Shown piece by piece: positions 1 to 13,847 of a stretch of 64,000 nucleotides of DNA. The notes under the pieces were generated by a model. That model searched no databases, was not told the DNA's origin, and saw only the letters and a program-made list of their open reading frames with translations. A program made the position numbers and the translations under genes. The DNA is taken from positions 91,760,001 to 91,824,000 of the forward strand of contig NC_088799.1 of assembly GCF_011386835.1 (NCBI RefSeq), given 5' to 3'. Numbering within the stretch: position 1 is the first letter of the stretch; the number at the start of each line of letters is the position of its first letter. This stretch comes from Chrysemys picta bellii (taxonomy: Eukaryota).

Positions 1-3000
1 CCCTCCACCTGGGGAAAACCCGCTTTGATTGGCTGCCTTCTCCACTTGCCCGCCTGGAAGAGGGAGCAGGCAGAGCCCAGCAGCACTATGTGGCTCCAAT
101 CCCGCCTCTCCTGTGAAAAATGGGTCAGTCTGCTTCCCCCTCCATCCCAGAAATACCAGGCCTGGGAAGGGGGTAACGGGGATGAAGAACCCCTGGGGGA
201 ACAGCAGTGAGGCTGGGGGGTCAGCATTGACTTGGGAGTTGAGGGGGCAGAACTGATTGCTGGGAAGTGTGGGGTTGGGGAGAGCCAGAGTTCGCTAATT
301 AGAATTGTGGGCTTGGGGAGAAGCTGGAAGCTCCATCCAATCCATCAGGCAGCAAGCAGAGCTCCTGCAGCGAGGGTGAGACTCACCTCACTCACTACGT
401 GTGGGAGAGTTGGCCATGCTAATTGGTACATGTGCCTGGGAAAGGAAGAGGGTTCAAAATCAAAAGAGAAGCAAAAATCCACAATAGATTTATAAAAAAA
501 AAAAAAAATCCTCATGATTCCAGGGGGGGAACTGACTCAGATTTTGTAACTCTTGGGGTTGGCAATGAGACGGGCACCCAAATTAGAGGCCACTTCTGAA
601 AATGTGAACCTAACCCCTTTTTGTAGCTCAGCCCCAGCTCCTCTGAGGATAACAACAATCCCTGTTGCACAGGGATGTTGCAGGGTGTATAGATTGATGT
701 TTGTGACACAAGGTGTTCTGGAATGCTATTGTTATTACAATGGAACATGCCAGAGGCACAGAGAAAGCACGGTGCCCCTAAAGCAGTGTGGGGGTAGGTA
801 GGGATGAGGGAAGACAGGAAGTATGGCTCAGTCATGGAAGCATGTGGAAACCTAGAGACCATGCCGTGTAGATTGTCCAGTCCACGAGCCAGTCCAGCAA
901 GTACACTAGAGACTGTTCCTTGGAGTTGTGAGTAAGAAGTAAGAGGGACCCACCAGAGCTTAGTTTACTGCTCGGAGACAAGAAAATTAAATGAAAGCTA
1001 AACACCAGAGAGTAGTCAATGAAACCCTGCTTTGAACATTAGCCCTCTGTGTTCTTAAATGGTGTTTTGCTTCCTGCCCCTCATTCAATCACACAGGGCT
1101 GTGCCCAATACCTTGCACTAATCATTGTTTCTTTGTGTAGATTGGTCAGGAATGTAACAGCCCCATCTGTGTTCTTTAGTGGGAAATTGGATTTAAGGGT
1201 CCTGGCTGAACTGCAGAAATTGATCCATTCTAACAGACTAGTAGTTCTGCTAAGGCTGCAAAAATGGGACCTGTAATTCCCTCACTAGCAGTGGCAACAG
1301 CAGAATCCGTAGCATAAACAAGGGGCCCATTGAACTTAAGCAGCTTTACCCTGACATCATCTAACTCTCTTTAGAGCTCCTTAGATTAAAAGGCCAGATG
1401 AATGACCCTGACTTCCCAAAGCTTGATGCTAGGCAGCCTTCTGGAGGAGACCAGAGACCCTGAACCAAGATTCAGGCCAGACCCCAGCCAGTGAAGCTTG
1501 AGTGCATAGTGATTTTTGTTGAGTCGCCAATGAAGAGAATTCCAACCCCTTCAAAACACTGGGCAGGGGGACTTCCAGAGCAGGGAGTCCTTCACAGAAA
1601 GAGGGGGAGAGATTCTGAAAAGACAAGTGTTGGGAGCAAGAAATGTGGAAGCAGGAACAAATGGAACCAAGTGGAAAGTGCAGGATAGATCACACCAGAA
1701 CCAAAGAGGGGGATAGGGCTTGTGACGGACAACCCAGAAAAACTTACTAGCTGTCTGGCAAGAGGCAGACCTTGTTCACCCTGCTGTCCAGACATAGGCT
1801 GTAGTATATCCATGGTAGTCATCAGAGAGGGAATATCTCCCGGTTCTCCAGCAAGTCATGCTCCATAAGGTGAGAAGAGTCCTGGCATTGGATTTCCATT
1901 ATAAAGAGCCCCACCAGGCCCAAGGGAGAATATTGTCCATGGATACTGTTGCCACCTGTCCAGCTATTCCCATGATCATCCTTTTATTTTATTTTATTAG
2001 AGGTAGCTGTCCTGGAAAATCTGTACAAGTGCTCAGTACACACTGCCAGCTCCCAGTTTTATGGGCTCAAAATAATCCCAGAAGTCCCCCACCTTTTTTT
2101 TTTCTTTTTTTTTAACTTCAGAGGTGGCAACCTTATCCATGGAATGTGGCTGGGTTCCCCTGTGTGAACAGTCACCCAGCTGCTGTATTTTGGACCCAAC
2201 CTTTGGATCCCACATGCTTCCAAGCTTCATGGGTCTGCGCAGAGTCTGGGCACTGGTTCCAAATCTGCCCTTTCAGGCATGCTCTGCTGATCTGGGGAAT
2301 CTGCCTGTCCAATTTATGAATGATGTGAGATTATGAACTCTCTGTATGTGTCTTTACCAAGCTGCAAACTCCATTTTTAACATGCAATAGTTTGCCATCT
2401 CTTTGTCTCCCAGTTGGACTGGAATTCCAATGGTGGCTGGCAAAAGGATAACAAAAGAGGGGTGTTAACTTAAGTGCTTGACCATTGAAATGTAATAGCT
2501 CTAGACCAAAGACTGGCTCTCAGCCAGGAGACCTAGGTTGTCGGAGAGAAGTTGCCTAACAATGAAATCCTCTGGTAGGACTCTGTGGTCACCTGTTAAG
2601 GCTGACCAGGGAGTCACCTCTGAAGGGGCTGGAAGAATATAAAGGGCCAAAGCTGCTGTTTGTGCACAGTCATTCTCTCTCCAGCCATCTTTCACCTGTT
2701 TAAGGTAGGGGAAGCTGCTGCAGGTGCTAGGTGAGATAGAGGGAACCCTGCCGAGCCGACCTGAACACAGATGGTTCTCCAAGGAGTCCCGAGGGAAGGC
2801 TGAGCTACAGTGAGGGGAAGAGCATATCGGTTTTTATTATTTTTGTGTGGATCTGTATATATCTCTCGTGATTAAGTAAAGAGCAACTGCAGCGTAGAGC
2901 CCTGTGCAAAGTGACTGTGTGTGTAACCCAGAAGCCTCGCACCTTCAGTGGGCTTCTGGGAGACGGTGTGTTTAATTACTGAGGTATCTTGGGGGTCAGC

Positions 3001-5595
3001 GATGGAGGTGGGGGCATGAGGCGGGTGGGTTGAGGGGCTCCATTTCTGTGAAGGGGTAACTGTGAGAGTTGGTGCCCAGGAAATGTGCTACAGCCAATTA
3101 ACACCCCCCTCCCCCGGAAGCTTACAACAGTGGGAGTTTCAAGAGGCTTGAATTCCTCTCTCAGCAATCTCGTGAGTGGCCAACAGAGGGCGCTGGATCA
3201 GATCTGTGACAGGGAACTAAAAGGATCTATGCAAGCACTCGGGGGCAGACCACTCCCTGAGTGGAAGTGTCTCTCTCCCAGTGCAAAGCAGAGCAGCATA
3301 GCACCAATGTGCTGGGCGCAAGGGAACCTGGCGATAGGCATGGTCCAAGCAGAGAAATTCACCCTGTTATCTATTTCTTTTCACTCCATTTCCTAGCATC
3401 TAAAGTCCCAGTGCCTGTGGTGGGGGTCGGAGGGAAGTCTATGGGCCAAACAGTTGATTTTCTGGAAGACTAAGGGTAATCGGACCCAAAGTGGCCCTGT
3501 CTGGCCTTTCACCAGCCGCAGTTTAGCTGGGATGGCGAGGAGCTCCACATCATCATCAGCAGAGGACTTGGCATCCTTTCCTTCTCTCCCTTGTGCCCGC
3601 CTGCTCAGTTTTCTCTCCCTGATCTTCACACACACAGTCCCTTTTTTCATCATCTGTCCTATCTCCTCCCTTCCCACTCTCCCTCCAGTGTTGCAACTGA
3701 CCGGCTTGTGACAGGATCTTTGGGCTTTGTGTTTAATTGATTCCCAAGCTGTCTCCATCTTTCAAAAGATAGGCTGAGGCAGGAAGCGTCATGGACTGAA
3801 AACAAAGCCACGTGAGCTGAGTTAGCCTCCATGCCAGCTAACCTAGAACACCGTGTCCCTATAGCTCCCGCTCAGGGTGTCCTTAGAAACGTATTGGGGT
3901 CTCAGTGCTTAGCAACACAAACAATATTTTAAGACGCAGACAAGAGATGGGTCCACTCAGAGCCCCCTTCAAATGTGGGGAAATTCAGATCGAAATGTTG
4001 GGTCTAATTTGGGCCAAAGTTCTCCTGAATGCTGCAGGAGAGCCAGGGGAGTTCCATTTACTTGAGTTCATGTACTTTTATTCTCCACTCACACTGGCTC
4101 CACCCCAGTCGAGCTCCTCCTGATTTCCCCCAGGGTGAGCAGAGTAGATCAAATCTTCTGTTATTTAATGGCGTTTGTTCCCTGGTTTGCACTCTTGATG
4201 CCCCACAAAGGGGTCAGGGCTGTTTTTCTCTTTCCTTCCCTGCTTGCCTCTGCCTACAACAAACTCCCTTCCCTTTCCGTGGCTCTTTAATCTTCTTAGC
4301 CTTGTGAAGGCTGCCGTACATTTCTCACCAGCAATGGGAACAAATGTCCGTTTGTTCTTGTCAGGGGACAGAGAGCACCTGGCCAGCCTTGGCATTTGCC
4401 ATACAAGCAGAGGCTTTGAAGGGAAAGTTGATAAGCCCTTTCAACTTTTTTATGATAATGTTCAGGAATTCTGACTCATACATCTTCAGCAGCTCCCTTG
4501 CATTTTTCTAGTACTAACTCCTATTTGGCTGGAAAGCAATTTTGTTTCGGTGAGTGAGTCTAACCAGAGTAATAGCAATTCAATGGAAAATGTCACTTCT
4601 AAAGGTGTAGATTGCGATCAGTGAATTTGTAGGTAATTTCACTGTGATTATGTAAAGAGAAAGTCATGGACCCTTCACATCTCCAGGCCACGGGTTCGTT
4701 CTGGCATCACTTACTCATGAAGGATTAATGCCAAAGAGCGAGCTGTTAGGACACAGAATGTAGGGAATGGATGGTCGGGGATTGATAATGAGGATATAGA
4801 GTCTTTAACCCATAGAACAGATTTGTTTAAAGTCCAGGCTGGTATTGGCCAAAAATGACTACAATCTGATAGCTGCTCAGTGACCTTTTACAGCAAAAAT
4901 AGGGGTTAGTCGGAGAGCCAGCAGTCCTGAATGCATGAATGCGGAGTGGGTAGGGAGGACAAAGGCAGCAGAGAAGGATGGGTTACGTTTTTGATTTGCT
5001 TTCCTATAGAGCACCAGTACTAATAGGGGAACTGCCCTCCTTTCCCAATTAATGCTCAGTATATAGAGAGGGGCCAACTGTGTGAAGCTTGGATTCGGGG
5101 GGCTCAGCTCTAGAGGTTTGGTTTAGACCCATCTGCAGCAGAAAGCAGAAAGCTCGCCTTCTTATTCATCCCTACAGCATCATGAGTCGTCTTGGTCTCT
5201 ACACAACACTTGAAGGACCAGGTTCCTGCCCTGAGCTGCTTACAATCTAACTCAGACCAACAGAAAACCAGGAACAACCCCAGCACAGGGAGGGTTGGAG
5301 ACCCCTTGGCAAGGCGATTAACATAGGAAAGCAGGAGAAAGAAGTGGGTTGTAAGGAGGGAAGTGAAAGCAAAATACCCTTAGTTATTCTGAAAGATCCC
5401 TTATGCAGATAGCTAATAGCTAGAAATCACTGAACACAGCCCTCATTCAGAGGGCGTGTGCGCAAAAAGCATTCAAAACCCAAGGCTAGAAAATGAATTT
5501 GTTGAGGGTAAGTGACTCAGCAGAGCCCTGCTCCTCTTTCCTCCGTCTTAAACGTGGCTGCAGTCAGAGAGGATTTATTCTTGGTTCCCCCAGTC

Positions 5596-8500
5596 ATGGC
5601 TCACTGGAGTCCTTCACTTCTTGGCTACATCGTCTTTTGGAACATTATTCGTTCACGTGTTGCTTTTCCAACAGGAGCCCCAGCATCAGCCTGTGAGAAT
5701 ATGATGCCTGTGCATATGGGGGTCCAGCCCCAGCCAAGTCCAGCCCCCTATGAGATCCAGATTGATGTATCTTCCTTCGTGAACAGGCAGCCGATTAATG
5801 GTAATTAAGTTCCAACGTCTTAACTGGATTGGTAAAATTCACTTAAAATCCATGATTTCTTCATAGTTTTGTTTGCATTTGGCATGCTTTCCGTGTAAAC
5901 GGATCAGTATTATTAGTGAGCTTCTCTTTTTCACCATGTTTTCTCCCTAAAATGTGTTTAGTAAGTTTCTGTTTAGTGAAATGAATTAAAACAACTGTGA
6001 GCAGATCAGCAGGAGAGGATCAGGAGAAACAAACTGAGAACTACATGGAGATGAGAAGCTGACGTTACAAACGCTATGCAAGTTATTTTAAAGTCTGCCA
6101 GGTCTGTATGCCAATCAAGTAATCATGATATGGCTGCATTCTGTTATAGTGACGCTGATAATCTAGTGATGAATCAGACAAGGGTTAGGCCCTCAGAGGA
6201 TGAATCCAGCATCTGGCAGGATTGGGCCAATGCCATGAAATCAGTGGATGATTTTAACTGGCACCAGATAGCTAAGGGAATTCTTAACTGGTGCAGGGCT
6301 ATCACCGATAGTTCGGTGATTTGTTTCTGTACCAAGGAAGGCAGTAAGCAGAAATTAACATCTGCTAGCTCTTTGGTGGCCCATTTGAAATGAGTTGGTG
6401 GTCAGATGCATAACTGAGGCTAGAGAAGAGATGTGACCTTCCCACGTCCCATAGTCAGTGGCAGAGTTGGGAATGGAAGCCGGGAGGCCTGACTCCCTGT
6501 CCTGTATACTAGTAACAAGACCATCCTTCCCCCTGCTGACTCACGCCCGGTTACTTGCTTAGCGTACAGTTCAATGTCTTCTTCATTTCCTTTCAGTCCC
6601 AATATGTCTCTGATGTCTTTCTTCTTCACCTCTCGCTATGGCTACCATCTGACCCTCTCTGCCCTCCTTTTCCAAGGGCTCAGACTCCCTCTCTTCACTT
6701 CTCCCCCAGTCCATTCCTCTTCTGGTTCTTTGTTACCCTTGATCCTAGAACGTAAGAATGGCCATACTGGGTCAGACCAATGGTCCATCTAAGCCAGTAT
6801 GTGGCTAGTGCCAGATGTGTCAGAGGACATGAACAGAACAGGGCAAATTTGAATGATCCATCCAGTTTCAGTCAGTCCCAGCTTCTAATAGTCAGAGGTT
6901 TAGGGACACCCAAAGCTTGCAATAGTGTCCCTGACCATCTTGGGTAATAGCCATTGATGGACCTATCCTGCAGGAACTTATCTAATTCTTTTCTGAACCC
7001 AGTTATACTTTCAGCCTTCGCAACATTCCCAGGCAACGAGTTCCACAGGTTGACTGTGTGTTGTGTGAAGAAATACTTGCCTTGGTTTGTTGTAAACCTG
7101 CTGCTTGTTAATTTCACGGAGTGACCCCTGGGTCTTGTGTCAAGTGAAGGGGTAAATAACACTTCCCAATTCACTTTCTCCACACCAGTCATGATTTTAT
7201 AGACCTCTATCATATCCCCCCAGTTCTCCTTAGTCATCTCTTTTCTAAACTGAACAATCCCAGTTCTTTTAATTGCTCCTCATCTGGAAGCTGTTCCATA
7301 CCTTTCATGATTTTCATTGCCCTTCTCTGCACTGTTTCCAATTCGAATGTATCTTTTCTTGAGAAGAGGTGACCATCACTGCCTGGCGTATTCAGTCCTG
7401 TCTCCTTGTACACCCTGGCTGCCTCCTGGAGGTGGAATGTGCTGCTGTTCAAGGCCAGGAAAGGAGGAGGAAGCCTTAGGTGCCGGCTCAGAAGTCCCAG
7501 GAGCTGCGAGAACAAGCGAAAGAGGAAAACTTGCTCCTTGTCCCTAGCCCTGCTTATAATCTCAATGGGAGCGGCACCCAGTTACCTGAGGGCAGAATTT
7601 TATCTAAAGCCTTTTTCACAGTCAGTCTCTGTGGTACTTATATTGCCCCAGGCCCATAGTAAAGGAGCACCTCACCCAACTTGCAGTCCCCTGTGAGACA
7701 GAGAGCTAGTATCATCCTTGTTTTGCAGATGGGGAAATCAAGGCACAGATAGACTAAGTGACCAGCCCAGGGTGCCATGGGAAGTCAGTGGCAAAGAGGG
7801 AATTGAGCCAGCGTCTCCTAAGTCCCAGGCTGGCACGCTAATCACTGGGCTAGTTTTGCAGACACAGCTGATGTGCAAAGATATAGCTGGTATATCTTTG
7901 GGGTTATTAATGGTAGTGACAGTTTGAGAAGCCAGCCCCAGCTATGGGTGACTAACATGCGACAGATGCATATACTATCTTCCAGTTCAGATTGTAGGGC
8001 CGGGATACAGAGGCCTGTTGCTGGAAGCTCGCACCTTTGGCTCCACTGCTGCACTTGGCACTTGGCAGAATCCTGCCAATAACACTAAGTTCTTACAGGT
8101 AAGCTGGGAGCTTCTCATTTCTAGCCTTATGGGGCATCGTGGCTTAATAAATACTGTGAAATTAAATGGCGCGAGAGAAACAACATGCAACAGCAAAGGC
8201 AGCTGGGAAACAGGAGACACGATGAGCTGTCCTGGGATCTCAGCGGTGGAGCAGGCAAGCTGGATCCCCAGGAAAGCAGCGTGCTCTGCCTCCCTCTCCC
8301 CCATACACACTGTGAGTTGTAGGAGACTACACACAGATGTGATGCGACCTGAGTAACCATTAACTCTCCCAGTGCTCGCTGCTTGGAAGGGCACAGAAGG
8401 GGTTACACCTCCATCCAGCTGGGCAGAATCCACAGGTTTGCAGGGCGTGGATTTCTTTCTCCACTGTTCCCTGTTCATATCACAGCTCTCTGGAGACCTC

Positions 8501-11500
8501 AGAATGGGGGATGGAGGGGCCGGTGCTTGAGGCCTGTGACTTCAGTGGAGCAGGGTGGGAGCATTTGGATTGATCAGGGCACGTTGCATGGGATGTCTAT
8601 TACCCAGGCTTTTGATGAGGGGAGGGGGATATCGTTGCTAAGGAAACAGGGTTTTTTTGTTTGTTTGTTTGTTTGTTTACCAATTGATTGTACATGCACC
8701 TAGTGCAGTGGTCCCCAACCTTTTTCTGTGGTAACCCCCCCTCACCTGTAATGCAATCTGTCCCGTGGGGCTGGAAGCAGAAGCCACAGCCAGGAGTCAA
8801 AGCCATGGTCTTGGCAGGGCCAGGGCCGGTGCAAGGAAGTTTTGCGCCCTAGGTGAAACTTCCACCTTGCGCCCCCCCCCAGCCCTGCAGCAGCTCCCCG
8901 CCCCCCTCTCTGCCTTGAGGCTCCCCCCTCCCCCGCGGCAGCTCCCTCCCCCAGCTCACCTCTGCTTCTCCCACCTCCCAGGCTTGCAGCTCCAATCAGC
9001 TGTTTGGCACCGTAAGCCTGGCAGGGGAGGAGAATTAGAATGGGGGTGGCATGCTCGGGGAGGGGGTGAAGCAGAGGTGAGCTGGGGTGGGGAGCTGCCG
9101 CATGGCTTCCTGGGCCAGGGGGGTGGGGAGCCGCCGCGGGGAGGGGAGGGGAGCTGCCGCAGGGTTCCCCACCCCAGCTCACCTCTGCTACGCCCCCTCC
9201 CCGAGCACACCGCCCCCCGCCGGCAATGACAGTAATTGCATGGAGTGGCCGCTGCGCTGGGAGAGGGAGTCTGAGCCGCACGTGTCAGTGCGCCGCCGGC
9301 AGCCCAACCCAGGAATGCTGTAAAAAAAAAAAAATTGGGGGCACCGCTGTTTGGCGCCCCCCAAATCTTGGCGCCCTAGGCAACCGCCTAGTTTGCCTTA
9401 ATGGTAGCACCGGCCCTGGCTGGGGCCGGAGTTGGGGGCAGAATGGGGTTGGGTGGTGTTCCCTCCCCACCCCCAATGGGGGCTGGTCCCAAGGCCCACT
9501 GCTCCCCCCGCCCCAAATGTTCCTTCTGTATCACCGCAGGGGAGCACTCTCCAGTTTGGGGATGTGTGTGACAGGTACACTATTCATTGTAACTAAACAA
9601 GTAATACATGGATTGATATTCTTTTTTTTTTTGCAGTGCTCTGGAAACCCAAAAGGTGCGATTACTCATTCTAACACCGAGTTAAAAACAAGCCTGACCA
9701 CTTATACCTGGCTGCCCCCAATCTCTGGTTGCCCTGCCGTTATTACATTCATGTAAGTAGCTTCATGAGAGAGTTCCCTTTTAAATGAAATCCCCTCCCC
9801 CTCCAATGGACATCTCAAACACGTTTTCTTCTCTTTTCTCTACCTATACATAATACAGTCAAACAGTTCAGCCGTTTAATATAGGGCAGGATTTTCAAAA
9901 GCACCTGAGTGATTCCAGAGCATAAGCCCCATTGACTTTCACGATCTTGTGCTCCTAAGCCACTTAGGTGCTTCTAAAAATGTCACCCACAATACATTAG
10001 GGGCTCAATCAGCAGCAGGGTCTCCCCAGACAAGTGAAAGCTGCACGTAACTAATGAGCGCTGATTCACACCATTCGGATTACAAATGATCTTAAAGCAG
10101 AAGAATGTTGCTATACTGCAGGAATAGTATTCTGATCCTTTCTGGGAGTGGAAGGATCTTCAGTTGGGAAGCCTTCTGAAAATGTCAGCCGCAGCTCACT
10201 TTTCTGTGTGCAAGACAGGGTGGATTCCCTTTTCCATGAGGTTAGGCTTACATTACCATTTGCTCATGAATTTATGAGCAAAGCAGCAATGCCATCACAG
10301 AAGGGCTACAATGAGTTACTGGAATATCTTTGTAGGGTGGGAGGGGGAATTCTTCCCATTTTATAACCATGTTCCACTGTTCTGTTTCCTTTTGAACAGG
10401 GCAACTGTAGCACAGTCTCGTGAAGTTTATTGGCTCGGTATCAAATCCAAAGTGATCTGGAGAGGTGAGTAATTAGTGAATGTATCATTCCAATTTAAGG
10501 CAGCGGATTGTGTAGCTAACTGCCATTAATGCAAATAGGAGTTAAAGATGCATCAAGAGAAAAGCCACTGATGTATCAGAAATGCAGAGAGTGCTAGTCT
10601 GCGTGCAGAGTGCTCTGAAATTATTTTTCTTCACCATACAAGGGATCAGTTCAGTTCACTAAGCTGGAATTTACATATGTAGCTCTTTGTCTCTCCTCCT
10701 AAATCATTCACTCCAGCCCCCTAAACTTTGTTGCTCTTCTCTGAACTCCTTCCAGTCTGAGAATATATTTCTGCTAACATGGTGCACAGAACTAAGTGAA
10801 ATATCCCAGGTCTCCCATGAAGATATGACTCGTATTATGGAGTAAAATGTCAGCCACTGCTACTGGCTAACGGGAGTCTTGCACAGAGAAGAAAAAATAG
10901 ACTAGTTACTCTAAGAGCTGACTCTCTCCTCCATCTGGAAAGGGGTAAAAGAGTAACTTGCCCCACTAGGAATTTGTGTATGCAAATATCGAAGTCATCA
11001 GAAGGGTAGAGAGCTGGTTTTGTTTCTGGTTCTTCTAGGGAATGAGTATCTTCCTCTCAACTCAGCTAATCAGAAAACTTTAACTGCGTTGAGGGCCAAA
11101 TGATGCATACTAATGTAACCCTACTGGAAAGGGTGCCGTGTATGCTGTTGCACAGCCTAGGACAAAAAATGAGCCACTATCTCTCTTTCAGTGTTAATTA
11201 TATGAAGACTTAATATCTGCAGTTGCTCAAATCTGGGTCTCAGGGCGCACTTGTGGGAGCTCAGGGTTCAGCCAGTGGGGCTGAAGCCCCGAAAGGCACC
11301 TCCCATGGGGCTGAGGCCCCAAACCCTGGCAGGTATGCCTTGGCTCTTGAACTTCTGAAGATTGTTGTATGTGGCTCAGAGGCTCAGTAAATTTGGCCAC
11401 CCCGGCATATAGCATGCTAGTCTCCAAGCCTGTTCAGTAACACAGCCTAGCAGTAGTGATCCAAACTACGCAGGAACAGACGTCTGCTAAAGTGGCTCCA

Positions 11501-13538
11501 ACATAGGTATTAGGTAGCTCCAACATTGTTAATTAGGTGGCTACTTATGACACATTTGAGGCAGGGAGTGGGAATCAGGCCTCCTAAATTCTGTTGGTGA
11601 CTCAGCATGTGATCATGGATAATTCATGTAAACCATGCCTCAGTTTCACCATCAGTAAAACAAGGATAGGCAATACCCCCCTCACACGGATACTGGGGCT
11701 TAATTAATTAATGTTTGTAATGTGCTTGGAGTTATTGAGTAAATAAAAGGAAGTAAGATACTGTTACCGCCTCTTCAATACAAAAACAAAAGCTCATTTT
11801 CAAGCTGATTGCTCATTAGGAAGAACAATTTAAAGGCCATTATTTTAGAGATTGTCTCTGCAACTTGCTTAGGGATCATTAATCCAGGGCTTTAGTGTGC
11901 AGTTAAGTGTTGTTCTTGTCTTACATAAGAGAAACAGTACTAATGACTTATAATCTGCCCTTACATGCAGGTGGCTTGGGTGATGGTAGTAGCCTGTGAT
12001 ATACAGGAGGTCAGACTAGATCAGGGGTTGGCAACCTTTCAGAAGCGGTGTGCCGAGTCTTAATTTATTCACTCTAATTTAAGGTTTCGCGTGCCAGTAA
12101 TACATTTTAACCTTTTTAGAAGGTCTCTTTCTATAAGTTTATAATATATAACTCAACTATTGTTGTATATAAAGTAAATAAGGTTTTTAAAATGTTTAAG
12201 ACGCTTCATTTAAAATTAAATTAAAATGCAGAGCCCCCCGGACCGGTCGCCAGGACCCGGGCAGTGTGAGTGCCACTGAAAATCAGCTCGCGTGCCACCT
12301 TCGGCACGCGTGCCATAGGTTGCCTACCCCTGAACTAGATGATCTAAGGGTCCCTGCAGGTCTTAAACGCTGACTGTATAGGGGAATTGTATAAGAGTTT
12401 GAGGGATGGTAGGAGGTCTCATTTTAAGTGGAAAAGACAAGCTCTGAAACCACAAATCATACTTAATTCAAATGCCTAGAGTGAAGGGGATTTGGAACTA
12501 TTCCCACTGAGTTAGCTAAGGATCAAGCCTAGGTAATTCACCAGAAAAGCACTATCTAGTTGAAGTGCTTTGACACAAACAGCACAGGTAGTATCCAAAT
12601 TTTACATTAAGTGTGTCTCATCCAAAAATCAGCTCTCTTTATTGGTATTCATTTATTCTGTAGCTGCTTGGTTTAACAGCAAGAACACTTTTGAAATGTA
12701 GTTAATCCGTTCTAGTCTGACTCATGGAATGACTTCCCTGAGACAGGAGCATTATATTTTAAAACCAACATAATAAATGATAGGATTGGCCCTATCAGTC
12801 AGAAAGGGATTCAAAAGCAAGACACAAAATGTCTCAAGTTATCAGTAAGGACACATAAGGCAACTGTACACCCTTTGAAAACCTGCAACTACACAGAACA
12901 TACAAGGAGTGAGGAAGTCATTTGATATGGTTGTCAGATTAATAATCAGGGTAGTAGTATAAAATGGCTAGAGCAGGAGACTAGGCACTTGTCTCACTGT
13001 GCTCCATTTTGCAACTGACTTACTGTGGGAGCTGGAGCACGTCATACAACCTCTCTATGCTCTGGGTTTTCCATCTAATCTAGGTACAATGCACACATCT
13101 CAATCGTTGTATAAAACATGCGGTAAATACACAGTAGTTTGAAATGTTTCTTAGAAGTTAATGAATGTCCTGTTCATTGCTTCCACAATCAACTGTGCTT
13201 AGACTTTGTTAATCCATAGATGTTGGTTGTCTGAAAAACAACAGTGATTACTAGGTACTGCCACTGATTGTGAATAGGAAGTGAACAAGTGGCAACTACT
13301 CGTTGCTTTTTCCCTATAGTTAAAACAGGGTTAAAGGGGGGGGAAACTGAGGACCACACTAGTATCAATGTTGCCTCACCTGTGTAATGAAAACTAGTTC
13401 TAAATTGAAGACATTTATTTTGTTTTCCAAACTACAGATTCTAAAGCTACATGTGGTGCTGAGAAGCTTACATGGACAGTAATTATTGTGACAATGATGT
13501 CTTTCCACTTACTGCTTTTACCTGGCTACTTATATTAA
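5596..13538 (+). CDS. Reeler-domain-only protein (putative defense protein / FRRS1-N-terminal-like), 199 aa, signal peptide + GPI-type tail; join(5596..5800,7986..8098,9637..9752,10400..10464,13438..13538)
   Basis: Five exons with canonical GT-AG sites and matching phases (1,0,2,1) total 600 nt with no internal stop. Protein: [199 protein letters not shown]. Reeler hallmarks: FPxGAPxxAC..MxPxH, PQ..P.PY.I, GLLLEAR, C.G....ITH, TW.PP, F.ATV.Q...YW. Strong Kozak (GTCATGG); AATAAA at 13576-13581. The last exon is the least certain. Confidence 0.85.
6746..7395 (-). mobile_element. CR1 LINE 3' fragment (ORF2 C-terminus + 3' UTR) in Reeler-gene intron 1
   Basis: Minus ORFs: [18 protein letters not shown]...[12 protein letters not shown] and [10 protein letters not shown]...RGHSVKL...[14 protein letters not shown], typical of CR1 ORF2. 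Confidence 0.9.
8821..9418. mobile_element. GC-rich hAT-type MITE nested in an older MITE (from about 8706)
   Basis: TIRs CAGGGCCGGTGC / GCACCGGCCCTG. The host element begins CAGTGGTCCCCAACC near 8706. The TSD is degenerate. Confidence 0.65.
12022..12332 (+). mobile_element. hAT (Charlie-like) MITE inserted in a CR1 3' tail
   Basis: TIRs CAGGGGTTGGCAACC / GGTTGCCTACCCCTG; 8-bp TSD GACTAGAT/AACTAGAT. Confidence 0.85.
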
Positions 13539-13643
13539 GTGTTGGCGTTTCAGAGGATCTATTAAACGGCTAAGGAATAAATACAGACCATGTATACAAT
13601 CACTGCATTTGCTCCTGCCATGAAGTGGATTCTGGAAGCCTAA

Positions 13644-13847
13644 GGCCTTTGTCTACACACGTTATACTGTTTTTAAACTATACCAATATAGTTAAAGTAA
13701 TGCAGCCCTCTAGTGCACAGTTATACTGGTACAGCTTATTCCCTACAGGCACATTATATAAATAGAACAATGTCCTCTCTCTGGGTATTATTCTCAACCC
13801 TAACCAATGCCATTTTAATATTACATGATTTGTATGTAGACTAGGAC
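13644..13847. mobile_element. PIF/Harbinger-type MITE
   Basis: Ends GGCCTTTGTCTACA / TGTAGACTAGGAC, flanked by TAA on both sides. Confidence 0.6.

Noticed and set aside
1-5490. Search for AKAP14 exons; LTR-like segments near 25-500 and 2460-2970
   Set aside because: No AKAP14-like peptide was seen on either strand; LTR boundaries and TSDs could not be established.
6076-6393. 105-aa ORF in Reeler intron 1
   Set aside because: No recognisable domain or splice support.
8742-9756. 150-180 aa ORFs in Reeler intron 2
   Set aside because: They lie in nested GC-rich MITEs; only the 9637-9752 tail is a real exon.
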